A stretch of 32,000 nt of DNA from Bellilinea caldifistulae (GTDB taxonomy: Bacteria; Chloroflexota; Anaerolineae; Anaerolineales; Anaerolineaceae), in assembly GCF_001306055.1 (NCBI RefSeq), contig NZ_LGHJ01000008.1, positions 1-32,000 of the forward strand, in the 5' to 3' direction. This document shows, piece by piece, positions 9,672 through 18,017 of the stretch. Each line of letters begins with the position of its first letter. Position 1 is the stretch's first letter. A program made the translations under genes and the position numbers. The notes beneath the pieces are model-generated. The model did not search any database and had not been told where the DNA came from. It was given only the letters and a program-made list of their open reading frames with translations.

Positions 9672-10115
9672 ATGGACTATCTCATTGAAAAAGCCAGTTG
9701 GCGGGATTTTTTTGACCTCTATCGCTTGGAAAAAACGGTCTTTGCCCAGGATGCCTGGCCTTGGTTCGATTTATTGATCGTGCTTACCTTTCCGGGGTTC
9801 GTGCGCCTGAAAGCAGTTTCCGGCGGGCAAATGATCGGCTTTGCTGCCGGCGAATTCCGCAGAGGGGATGGGGCTGGCTGGGTAGTGACGTTGGGGGTTT
9901 TGCCGGAATACCGCCGAAAGGGGGTTGGACAGGCGCTGCTCCGGCAGTGTGAGGAATGGTTGAACAGCAAGCGCATCCGGTTGTGTGTACGCAAATCCAA
10001 CCTGCCGGCGTTGAAGTTGTATCAGCGGGAAGGCTATGTGGTGTACACCACCTGGCCAAATTATTATCAAGGTGGAGAAGATGCCCTTGTGTTGGAAAAA
10101 ATTTTTCCCAGTTAA
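9672..10115 (+). CDS. rimI: GNAT N-acetyltransferase, RimI-like
   Basis: 147 aa ORF with acetyl-CoA motif A, GVLPEYRRKGVGQALL. Size and N-terminal region fit ribosomal-protein-alanine acetyltransferases. The symbol is tentative. Confidence 0.55.
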   Translation: MDYLIEKASWRDFFDLYRLEKTVFAQDAWPWFDLLIVLTFPGFVRLKAVSGGQMIGFAAGEFRRGDGAGWVVTLGVLPEYRRKGVGQALLRQCEEWLNSKRIRLCVRKSNLPALKLYQREGYVVYTTWPNYYQGGEDALVLEKIFPS

Positions 10116-10143
10116 GAGGTTTCTTAAAATTTAAGCGAAGTCG

Positions 10144-10172
10144 TTGACTTTACCTGCGAGTCAGTATAATAT
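10144..10172 (+). promoter_or_regulatory. Sigma-70-type promoter (TTGACT ... TATAAT/TAATAT)
   Basis: TTGACT lies at 10144..10149. TATAAT at 10165..10170 gives a 15 nt spacer; the overlapping TAATAT at 10167..10172 gives 17 nt. Confidence 0.5.
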
Positions 10173-10234
10173 AGTAAAGAAAGGATACGAGGCGCATCCA
10201 AATGCCTGTGTTGACGACATATTCAAAGGTTGGC

Positions 10235-10261
10235 TCATTTTCTGGGCACGCGTGATGACGC
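10235..10261 (+). terminator. Intrinsic terminator inside the 5' leader of the SWIM gene
   Basis: GGCACGCG (10235..10242) pairs with CGCGTGCC (10249..10256) around a 6 nt loop, then TTTTT. It sits 43 nt before the ATG at 10304. Confidence 0.55.
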
Positions 10262-10303
10262 GTGCCTTTTTGTAAATTTCAAATCGAAAGGAGACCAGTT
10301 GAA

Positions 10304-10549
10304 ATGGATTATGGGATGATCGGGAAGCGGGAAAAAGCCAGACGGTACGCACAGGAGCGAGAGCGGATTCACTTCCATTCTTTTACCGTAACAATGGATG
10401 GGAACAACAATCCGCATCACATTCAATATGAAAATGGACGCTGGCAGTGTGATTGCGATTTCTTCAAGACGCGTGGGGTTTGCAGCCATACCATGGCGCT
10501 TGAAATCGTATTGGAGAATATGCTGGCAGCGCCGGTGAATAACCCGTAA
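10304..10549 (+). CDS. Small SWIM zinc-finger protein
   Basis: Carries a CxCx(n)CxH signature, WQCDCDFFKTRGVCSHTMAL. Start set at ATG 10304 with AAAGGAG upstream; the ORF track begins at 10262, upstream of the leader terminator. Confidence 0.65.
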   Translation: MDYGMIGKREKARRYAQERERIHFHSFTVTMDGNNNPHHIQYENGRWQCDCDFFKTRGVCSHTMALEIVLENMLAAPVNNP

Positions 10550-10567
10550 GTCACATTCGAGTAGCCC

Positions 10568-10605
10568 AAAACAAGCCCGGCGCAACAAAACCGGGCTTGT
10601 TTTTT
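10568..10605. terminator. Bidirectional terminator between convergent genes
   Basis: AAAACAAGCCCGG ... CCGGGCTTGTTTTTT forms a 10-13 bp stem with T-runs on both strands. It lies between the SWIM gene and the halogenase gene. Confidence 0.75.
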
Positions 10606-10625
10606 ATTCGTTTGGATTGCAGAAA

Positions 10626-12086
10626 TTAGATGCGCGCCAGTTTGAGGCGGGGTTTGGTCTGAACATATAAACCGTCAATCGCATCCTCTTGATTGAGGGC
10701 AAACAGACCTTCTACCGAAGAAAAGAAACGCGCATTTTCACGGGCGGCTTTGAGGTCTTCTCCCTCCAGATTGGCGAGGGCCTGTTTGTCTTTGCGAAAA
10801 TTCAAGTTTTCGCTGATCCGGTCGGTCATTTCTTTCAGGATAAAGTGGCGGGTGTTGCTTTGTGCATCGCGCAGGTCCCTGACGCCGGTAACCAGATTCA
10901 AGAAGGCCATTTTGAGGTTGTTCTCGTCCACATCCTCCTGAGTCAGACGTTGGGCTTCCCAGAAGTAGGATTCTTTTCCGCGATTGATGTCGTAGAATGC
11001 CGAGAGGAACACCAGAAAACGCAGGTAGGCCTGGCGGTAGGCTTTTTCGAAAAAGGAGACGGCCTGCTCTTCGCTGATTTCTCCTTCAAACATGGTGATT
11101 AATCCAGCAGCCGCCAGCATAGCGCTGAAGGTTGCCAGATGCACCCCGCTGGAAAGCAGGGGATCGAGAAAACATGCGGCATCACCTACCATGAAGTAAC
11201 CCGGCCCGGAGAATTTTTCTGCTGTGTAGGAATAATCGGTCTCGGTTTTGAGGTCGGAAATCAGTTCCGCATCCTGGACGATGCGGGCAATCAAAGGCGA
11301 TTCGAGCAGTGCCTGCTGGTAGATTTCCTCCAGACCCAGCGAGCGTTTCGCAGCAAGGGCATCTTTGTGCATGACAACCCCGATGCTCATCGTCCCGTCA
11401 TGGAGGGGAATTGCCCAGATCCAGCCGTTCGGAATTGAGCCTACTGCAATGTCACCTTCCCGGCCGGTAGCCAGACGGTCGGTGTTTTTCCAATAGCCCC
11501 AAAAGGCAATGTTCTTGAAAACTTGATGATAGCGGCGATTACGCAGATAACGATTTGCCATAATTCCGTTGCGTCCGCTGGCATCAATCAAATAATCGAA
11601 CGAAATGCTGCCGGTTTGTCCGGCGCTGCCGTTGCCATTCTGGTTGACCAGATAAGCAGCCGAGACGGGGCGTTCTCCCACAAATTCAAGGCTGCGGACT
11701 TCGACACCTTCAAACACTTTGACTCCCTGACTTTTGGCATGTTCGAGGAGCAGGTGATCGAATTCGGCCCGCGTGACCTGAAAACTATACGTGGTATCGC
11801 CGGCCAGTTCGCCGAAGTTGAGCGCCCAGGTGTCGCGTCCCCACTCAAGATAGGCGCCATGTTTGCGTTGAAAGCCGAAGGCTTCCATTTTTTCGCGCAT
11901 TCCTAATAGATTGATGACGTCAATCATGGTTGGGAGTAAGGATTCTCCAATGTGATAGCGCGGAAAACGTGACGCTTCGAAAAGAGTGACATCCAAACCA
12001 GCTCTGGCAAGTAAGGTGGCAGCCGTGGCCCCGCCGGGGCCGCCGCCAACGACGAAAATCTTCGTGTGAGATGGAATTTCCAGCAT
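10626..12086 (-). CDS. Flavin-dependent halogenase family protein
   Basis: Has an N-terminal FAD fold, VVGGGPGGATAA, and the halogenase-diagnostic WxWxIP motif (GWIWAIPL, nt 11406..11423). Also has the FPRYHIGESLLP segment seen in phenol/pyrrole-type halogenases. Confidence 0.75.
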   Translation of the reverse strand: MLEIPSHTKIFVVGGGPGGATAATLLARAGLDVTLFEASRFPRYHIGESLLPTMIDVINLLGMREKMEAFGFQRKHGAYLEWGRDTWALNFGELAGDTTYSFQVTRAEFDHLLLEHAKSQGVKVFEGVEVRSLEFVGERPVSAAYLVNQNGNGSAGQTGSISFDYLIDASGRNGIMANRYLRNRRYHQVFKNIAFWGYWKNTDRLATGREGDIAVGSIPNGWIWAIPLHDGTMSIGVVMHKDALAAKRSLGLEEIYQQALLESPLIARIVQDAELISDLKTETDYSYTAEKFSGPGYFMVGDAACFLDPLLSSGVHLATFSAMLAAAGLITMFEGEISEEQAVSFFEKAYRQAYLRFLVFLSAFYDINRGKESYFWEAQRLTQEDVDENNLKMAFLNLVTGVRDLRDAQSNTRHFILKEMTDRISENLNFRKDKQALANLEGEDLKAARENARFFSSVEGLFALNQEDAIDGLYVQTKPRLKLARI

Positions 12087-12393
12087 AAAAACCTGCCCTT
12101 CAGTGAACCTGATAAATTTTATTCTATTTATAGATTATCCAAGTCAACAATTGGCTTGTCAAGAGCATATTTCTTATAGGCTTCTTATAAAAATAAAAAC
12201 CTTTTTGAAATGAAAGACTCAAAAAGAAAACGTTGACAAAAACACTATACATTGTATTGAATTTGTAAAATGTATAATGTACTATAACCAAGCAGACCGT
12301 AATCCATCCTCGAGTCATTTCAACAGACGGAGAAAGGGTGCAAATGTTCCAATTTTTCAACCGAACTATTCAAGTAAAAGGGAGAAATACGAA

Positions 12394-12834
12394 ATGAAAC
12401 CGTTTGCAAAAGTTGTGTCCTTGATGGTTTTACTGGCGTTGTTCTTTGGCTTTGCCGTCAGCCCGGTGCAGGCCCAAACCAAAGGCGATCAGTGTGAGAC
12501 CTTTTTTGTCAACGTCAACCATGGCATCAACGGCACCCGACTGGGTCTTTCCAGAGAGTTGCCAGTAGTTGCGTATGTGTACAAAGATGGTGATGTGCTT
12601 GCCAAAATTCCGCTGGTATTCAAGGATAATTTTCAGGCTGAATTACCGGTAGGCGAATACACCATTGAGATCTTCTCGGAAGAGCTGGGTGTTTTCATCG
12701 ATTCGATGAAAGTCGGACCAGTGGAAATTCCCGGATGTGTCAAAGTGACTTTGCTGGCGCGACTCGGTGAAAAGGGCGAACCCACTATCCGTGTGTTGAT
12801 CCGTGAATTAGCCGGTAAAACCGCCAGCCGATAA
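12394..12834 (+). CDS. Secreted protein of unknown function, paralog A
   Basis: Signal peptide is MKPFAKVVSLMVLLALFFGFAVSPVQA. Start set at ATG 12394 with GGGAGA upstream. Clearly alignable with the 13056..13496 product. Possibly DUF4397-like; unverified. Confidence 0.7.
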   Translation: MKPFAKVVSLMVLLALFFGFAVSPVQAQTKGDQCETFFVNVNHGINGTRLGLSRELPVVAYVYKDGDVLAKIPLVFKDNFQAELPVGEYTIEIFSEELGVFIDSMKVGPVEIPGCVKVTLLARLGEKGEPTIRVLIRELAGKTASR

Positions 12835-12868
12835 TTAAATGATCAGCCCTTTTTCCCCGGTCTGTCCC

Positions 12869-12895
12869 CCGCCAGCCTTGCTGGCGGTTTTTTTT
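12869..12895 (+). terminator. Rho-independent terminator
   Basis: CCGCCAGC-cttg-CTGGCGG is followed by eight T. Confidence 0.8.
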
Positions 12896-13055
12896 AGGGG
12901 TGATTTTCAGCCTTTTTGGGAAATCACTATTGATTTTGTTTATAAAAGTGATAAACTATTAATGTGGGTGTCAATCAATCCGATTACTCCCGCCGAAAGT
13001 TCAACGAGGGGGTATGGATTGAGATCATTTCTTTTTGTTCAATAGTGGAGGAAAA

Positions 13056-13496
13056 ATGAAAACGTTTTTAAGGATTTTTTCGATTGTGATATTTCTAAGT
13101 CTTCTGGTGGGCTTTTCCTACACCCCGGCTGAAGCGGGTGGCAGATGCCCAACCTTTATTGCGCATATCACACACGGCATTGACGGGACAAAGTTAGGAT
13201 TAAGTCAGGAACTACCGGTTATTGTGGAAGTTTATTTCGGCCCGAACCTCAAATTGATGGACAAAATTGACTTGAAATTCAAAGAAAGTGTAACTGCCGA
13301 ACTTCCACGGGGAACTTACCTGATCAAGGTGTATTCGGTTGAGCTAAAACAATACGTTGAAACAATGACGGTTGGCCCAACGACCATTGAGGGGTGTAAA
13401 AAGGTGATCTTCCAGGCGCGCTTAGTGGATAATACACCCGTGATCAATGTAATCATCCGTGATCTGACGCCCAAGCCGGTGGAGGTTGCTCAGTAG
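13056..13496 (+). CDS. Secreted protein of unknown function, paralog B
   Basis: Signal peptide is MKTFLRIFSIVIFLSLLVGFSYTPAEA, with GGAGG before ATG 13056. Shares with paralog A the blocks C.TF...(V/I).HGI(N/D)GT(R/K)LGLS.ELPV, AELP.G.Y.I and VGP..I.GC.KV. Confidence 0.7.
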   Translation: MKTFLRIFSIVIFLSLLVGFSYTPAEAGGRCPTFIAHITHGIDGTKLGLSQELPVIVEVYFGPNLKLMDKIDLKFKESVTAELPRGTYLIKVYSVELKQYVETMTVGPTTIEGCKKVIFQARLVDNTPVINVIIRDLTPKPVEVAQ

Positions 13497-13533
13497 GTTT
13501 TGACCCTTTTTTCACAACAGAATATCCAATTCT

Positions 13534-13566
13534 CCAGCACCGTTATCAATTTGATGGCGGTGCTGG
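13534..13566 (+). terminator. Hairpin terminator candidate
   Basis: CCAGCACCG (13534..13542) pairs with CGGTGCTGG (13558..13566), extendable with G-T pairs. The T-run is weak (ATGTTTGT). Confidence 0.45.
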
Positions 13567-13624
13567 ATGTTTGTAGGGCGACTGGTCTGGTAGAATGGGT
13601 GTATCTCAATTGGGAGGATTGCGA

Positions 13625-14557
13625 ATGGAATTAGCCATCATGATTGAGGGGCAAAATGGTTTGAACTGGCCGCGCTGGAAGCGGATGGTTGCGGCGGTGG
13701 AGGAACTGGGCTTTACCGGTCTGTACCGCTCGGATCACTTTACCAACGCCCGACCGCCTGATAAAGATTCACTCGAATTGTGGGTCTCGTTGACCTGGTT
13801 GGCAGATCATACCCGCCGCATCCGCTTTGGGCCGCTGGTTACGCCGTTTTCATTCCGTCATCCGGCGCTGACGGCGCGCATGGCAGCCGCGGTGGATGAT
13901 CTTTCCGGCGGACGACTGACGTTGGGGGTTGGTGCCGGATGGCAGGAACGCGAACATGACCTGTTTGGCTTTGATCTGCTGCCGCCTCGCGAACGATTTG
14001 AACGTTTTGAGGAAGGGGTGATTGTCCTCAAGCAATTGCTTGGCGGTGGGCAGCCTGTCACCTTTAGCGGTAAGTACTATCGCTTGAAGGAGGCGCAGGT
14101 GCTGCCTGCACCCCAGCGCGGAGCGAAGTTGCCCATTTTGATTGGCGGCAATGGTAAAAAACGCACTCTCCCGCTGGCAGCCAGGTACGCGGATGAATGG
14201 AATGCAATCTTCCTCACACCATCCGCTTTCCGGGAATTGAACCATGAGTTGGATCACCTGATTCTTCAAAGCGGTCGCCAACCGGTTGAGGTACAGCGTT
14301 CGATGATGACCGGACTGGTGTTTGGCAAAGATCAATTCACCCTGCAGGAACGGCTAAGATTGTATGGAGGGGGCAACCTGACAGCGGCGGATTTACGCAT
14401 GCGGGGGCTGATTGTCGGCACCCCGACAGAAGTGTTGGAACAAATCCAGGCGCTGAGCGAAGCGGGTGTGCAGCGTTTGATGTTGCAATGGCTGGATCTG
14501 GATGACCTTGCCGGGTTGGAAGCACTGGCAAAGACTGTGCTGGAAAAGGTCAGTTGA
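13625..14557 (+). CDS. Luciferase-like monooxygenase (LLM) family, F420-dependent oxidoreductase type
   Basis: The product (MELAIMIEGQNGLNWPRWKRMV...GFTGLYRSDHF...GVGAGW...) is typical of LLM class F420-dependent oxidoreductases. GGGAGG SD precedes ATG 13625. Confidence 0.78.
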   Translation: MELAIMIEGQNGLNWPRWKRMVAAVEELGFTGLYRSDHFTNARPPDKDSLELWVSLTWLADHTRRIRFGPLVTPFSFRHPALTARMAAAVDDLSGGRLTLGVGAGWQEREHDLFGFDLLPPRERFERFEEGVIVLKQLLGGGQPVTFSGKYYRLKEAQVLPAPQRGAKLPILIGGNGKKRTLPLAARYADEWNAIFLTPSAFRELNHELDHLILQSGRQPVEVQRSMMTGLVFGKDQFTLQERLRLYGGGNLTAADLRMRGLIVGTPTEVLEQIQALSEAGVQRLMLQWLDLDDLAGLEALAKTVLEKVS

Positions 14558-16613
14558 CAAAATCCACCAGTCCACTTTTGTGCAAATCCTGAAAAACGGC
14601 TGGCAGGTCATTCATATAACTGAGATACAGGTAATTGCGGGCGCGGGTCATTCCCATGTAGTATAAGCGGCGTTCCTGCGACTCTTTACTTTGTCTTTGA
14701 GGGTCATTTTCGGAAAAGTTGAACGTGCGCTGCAGGAACGGCAGAATGACCGCTTCGAGTTCCAATCCTTTGAAGGCGTGTATCGTACTGATCTGAACTT
14801 CGTATCCTTTCAGCCGGGATTTCAGTTTATCAATATCATCTTTGAAACGGACTAAAATGCCGATTTGATTGTCCCGCAGTCCGCGGCTGCGCAGGGTTTG
14901 GATCGTATCCGTGATGAAGTTGAACTCATCCATTGCACCGCGGCACTTGCGCAGGAGCGGCCGCTGACCATGCCGCATGGTGTGGGGGTTCAATGCCGGA
15001 CTGACCGGTTCCCCCTCTTCTGCCAGTGATTGTTGAATTTCCTCGTAATTTTCAATCAAGCGGTAAGCAGCCTGATAAATTTCAAAAGTGTTTCGGTAAG
15101 GCACACGCAGCCAGCGGGTGCGCCCCACTACCGGGATACCTTTCTCCCTCCAACTGAAAAAGCGGTAGATACTCTGGGAGGGGTCATCGGATAAAAACAG
15201 GAAACCATCCGGTTTCAGGATTGTCTGAATCACTTTGAACCAGAGGGGAGCCCAATCCTGTGCTTCGTCTATCAGGATGGCGTCATAAGGCTCGAACTTT
15301 ACCTCGCCGCTTTGTAATTTTTGCAAGGTCAACCGATGAGCCTCCTCCCAATCCCAGCGTTGATGCGTTTCCAGAAATTGCTGATAAGCACGGTAGATTT
15401 CAAAAATTTTCTGGCGTTGTTCGCGGTTCAGGCGCAGGTCACGCCCGATGCCGCGCCGCTCGATCTTCAAGTAGGCGTCGGACTGTTCGATGCCCATGTC
15501 CCGTATCCACTTAACTTCACTTTCCAAATCGTTGGGCTTGAATTCTGCGAGGAAGGGCATGGAAGGACGATTTTCTTTCAACCAGTCCTGAAATTCAATC
15601 ATCTGGGGATCATCGAGCCGGGTGATAGAGCGGCAAAGTGCATCAAAAGTGAGCGGTTTAATCGGCGTGCCCTGAAAAGCGCGTTCCAGCATTTGCTGCA
15701 ACGCTTTGTTGTATGTAAAAACGCCAATCTTCCATTCGGGGTATTGGGCAGCTAAAAATTTCGCGCGCTGGATCATCACCAGTGTTTTACCGCTGCCGGA
15801 AAAGCCGCGCACCAGACGGATGGCGAAGTTCTGCACCAGTTGTTTGCCCTCATGTGGCAGTTCATCGGTTTCCACCGGTTGGGTTAATTGCTCAAAGAGG
15901 GCTTCCTGGCGTGCCTGTTCTTCCTGTCTGCCGGGACGCTGAACTTTTTGAGGTTCCTCTGCACGAATGGGTTCGGCAACGATTTTTTCCTGTTGCTCAT
16001 CCAGTACAATGACGCGTTGATCCTCGGTGGTAAATTCCAGGATGGGATAGATTGTCGAACGAACGTGGTCGAGTTCCTCGCGGGTCAGCGGACGCATGCG
16101 TTCGGCCGGGAAGAGGTTCTTCAAGCGGTTCAGTAGAATATCCGAATTTTCGAGATGGTATTTACCGAAGACAAACTCCTCTCCCCAAACTTTTTGTAAT
16201 TGGGTGATGGTGCTGCCGGGCAGGTTGGGCAGCACGGCTGCATAACTCCATGGGATGGCCTCACCCGGTAAGTCGCCGTTTCTCCTGCGGTTGAGTTGAT
16301 TGGAGAGATTGATGGCATAGTTGCGGGCTACCTCGACTGGATTTTTCTCCTCCCGTTCTTTATTGTTCCGTGTCAGAACAACAACCCAATGAGGGGTTGC
16401 CTGACGAACTTGAACCCAGTCCTTAACTTCTAAAACGATTACCCCGTAATTCGTCAGGATCGTAAAGTCGGGGTATTTCAGGTCACGGCTTTTGTGAATG
16501 GGCGTTTCAACGTAAACGGTGAACTCTTTGGGCAGATTGTTTTTCAAGTACCTGAGTGTTTCTTTTTCACCGAACGTTGCATCATGCCGAAGAATACCGA
16601 TGATTTCTGCCAC
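14550..16613 (-). CDS. NERD-domain (PD-ExK nuclease) + SF1 UvrD-like helicase fusion
   Basis: The N-terminal NERD domain has D49...E62-V-K64 (YPDFTIL...VLEVKDW). Helicase motifs are I GFSGSGKT, II ILIDEAQDW, III SDDPSQSIY, V TIHAFKGLE and VI YYMGMTRAR. The start is GTG with AGGGAGG 8 nt upstream. The 3' end overlaps the LLM gene by 8 nt in convergent orientation. Confidence 0.85.
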   Translation of the reverse strand: MAEIIGILRHDATFGEKETLRYLKNNLPKEFTVYVETPIHKSRDLKYPDFTILTNYGVIVLEVKDWVQVRQATPHWVVVLTRNNKEREEKNPVEVARNYAINLSNQLNRRRNGDLPGEAIPWSYAAVLPNLPGSTITQLQKVWGEEFVFGKYHLENSDILLNRLKNLFPAERMRPLTREELDHVRSTIYPILEFTTEDQRVIVLDEQQEKIVAEPIRAEEPQKVQRPGRQEEQARQEALFEQLTQPVETDELPHEGKQLVQNFAIRLVRGFSGSGKTLVMIQRAKFLAAQYPEWKIGVFTYNKALQQMLERAFQGTPIKPLTFDALCRSITRLDDPQMIEFQDWLKENRPSMPFLAEFKPNDLESEVKWIRDMGIEQSDAYLKIERRGIGRDLRLNREQRQKIFEIYRAYQQFLETHQRWDWEEAHRLTLQKLQSGEVKFEPYDAILIDEAQDWAPLWFKVIQTILKPDGFLFLSDDPSQSIYRFFSWREKGIPVVGRTRWLRVPYRNTFEIYQAAYRLIENYEEIQQSLAEEGEPVSPALNPHTMRHGQRPLLRKCRGAMDEFNFITDTIQTLRSRGLRDNQIGILVRFKDDIDKLKSRLKGYEVQISTIHAFKGLELEAVILPFLQRTFNFSENDPQRQSKESQERRLYYMGMTRARNYLYLSYMNDLPAVFQDLHKSGLVDFVN

Positions 16614-16691
16614 AGGCTATACCTCCCTAATAGCTGGTTTGTTTCTGGTTTAATTTTACACAAGAAAAGTGAAAAACAGGGCGACAGATAT

Positions 16692-17474
16692 TTATCGAAT
16701 CTCGATCTGGAGCGATTGGGTGATCTCCCCAATTTGCACGGTCAGTGTACCATTGCCCGCCGTACTGCCGGTCTCGAAGAGCCAGCGGCACAATCCCTGT
16801 TCATCGGCGCGGATAGTGCCCTCTGCGGCGTTGAGCAGCGTTTCGCCGGCCGGGTTAGTGTAGGTAAGGGTACAGGTCTGGCGTGGATTGGTTTGGATTT
16901 CGAGCAGGGCTTGCCGGTTGATCAATCCAATGGACGGGCGATGAATTATTTTAAACCCGACAAATGGACAGATCATTTCGCTGCGGTTCTTGCGATTTTC
17001 GGTTTGGCTTTGATCGGAAGATAAGGAAAGAGCGATATATTCCAAAACAGGCTGGTTGAGTTCGGAAGGCAAACCCGCGTAGGTCAATACAGCCGGCTCT
17101 TGCAAGACCATTTGACCCTCGCAGATAACCCCCTGAAAATAACGCACACTGGTTACTTCTTTGACGTAGTCATGCACCGTAACCCGTAAAAAAATGCGAT
17201 TTTGTCGAAGGCTGTAGTCTCCCCGCCACAAATTCGTGTTTTCACGGTTCAACCAGCGTTGGATATCGGATAAATCCTTTGATTGGGGCGGGGATTCAAA
17301 ACACTCACCTTGCGAGTAGAGCACCAAACCGTCGGGATAAAAACGGTAGAGTTTATAACAGCGTTCTGGCTGCTTACCGGGACTTGAAACCCTCGATATA
17401 AAAATTTCATCCATGCCGCCACTTACCGCATCGGATGGGAGCGGTTCGGCATTCAACTCAGCCGGCATGGGCAA
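16692..17474 (-). CDS. Hypothetical protein, probable lipoprotein (5' end uncertain, may reach about 17578)
   Basis: 260 aa ORF with no family recognised. The frame stays open upstream and encodes KTITVILSFFLGCLLTAC, a lipobox, but has no in-frame ATG/GTG/TTG. GTG 17578 is in the +1 frame. Confidence 0.55.
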   Translation of the reverse strand: MPMPAELNAEPLPSDAVSGGMDEIFISRVSSPGKQPERCYKLYRFYPDGLVLYSQGECFESPPQSKDLSDIQRWLNRENTNLWRGDYSLRQNRIFLRVTVHDYVKEVTSVRYFQGVICEGQMVLQEPAVLTYAGLPSELNQPVLEYIALSLSSDQSQTENRKNRSEMICPFVGFKIIHRPSIGLINRQALLEIQTNPRQTCTLTYTNPAGETLLNAAEGTIRADEQGLCRWLFETGSTAGNGTLTVQIGEITQSLQIEIR

Positions 17475-17960
17475 GGGAGTTGGCCGGAATAAACCGTTGA
17501 TGCCCGTTCCTGTGCAGGCGGTCAGCAGACAGCCAAGAAAAAAAGAGAGAATTACCGTGATGGTTTTGAAGTCAACACCCTGCCTTAGATTTTGCTAATC
17601 GGAAAATTTTCCATCCCACGAAAGAAGATGTTGTCAAAGAAGTGGATTTCACCTTGTACAATTAGAATTACTTTTGTTAGTATAACAAATTGTATCGTTT
17701 TTGTATAAAAATTGCGGGTTTGCTTTGGGGGCAATTTTTCCCTCATCAAGCAACGTGGTCAAATTCACCATTCTTAATCCCATGTCCTTAACTCGGGGCA
17801 AACAATCTCTGAAGTTCTTTATATCTTGTTCACGATTATGTAATAACACAATAGGAAATAAAAACACCGCTCTTTTTTCGAGCGGTTTGGCAGGTTTTTA
17901 TTGTGGCGGAGAGGGTGGGTGCCCGCCCATCCAAGCGTAAAGCAGGCTAAAAGCAATTAT

Positions 17961-18017
17961 TAGCCGGCTCTCGGTCTGAACCTGTTTTTTTACAGGCCAG
18001 ATTGAGAGCCGGCTTTT
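17961..18017 (+). terminator. Long imperfect hairpin followed by TTTTT
   Basis: AGCCGGCTCTC...CCTGT-ttttttt-ACAGG...GAGAGCCGGCT then TTTTT. No plus-strand CDS lies upstream. Sits at the left edge of the integrative element. Confidence 0.4.

Noticed and set aside
12124-12360. 78 aa minus-strand ORF in the AT-rich spacer between the halogenase and paralog A
   Set aside because: The composition is Phe/Tyr/Lys/Asn-rich, typical of AT-rich non-coding DNA. It overlaps promoter-like hexamers and the leader of the 12394 gene and has no SD.
12277-12393. Upstream extensions of the secreted-protein ORFs (12277..12393 and 13035..13055) and of the LLM gene (13595..13624)
   Set aside because: Internal ATGs with good SD sequences give canonical signal peptides or family-typical N-termini. 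The extensions run through AT-rich promoter/leader DNA.
17649-17940. ORFs 17649..17867 (-) and 17701..17940 (+) in the junction spacer
   Set aside because: They have no SD, odd composition, and run through hairpin/terminator structures. The region is treated as non-coding (see the spacer finding).
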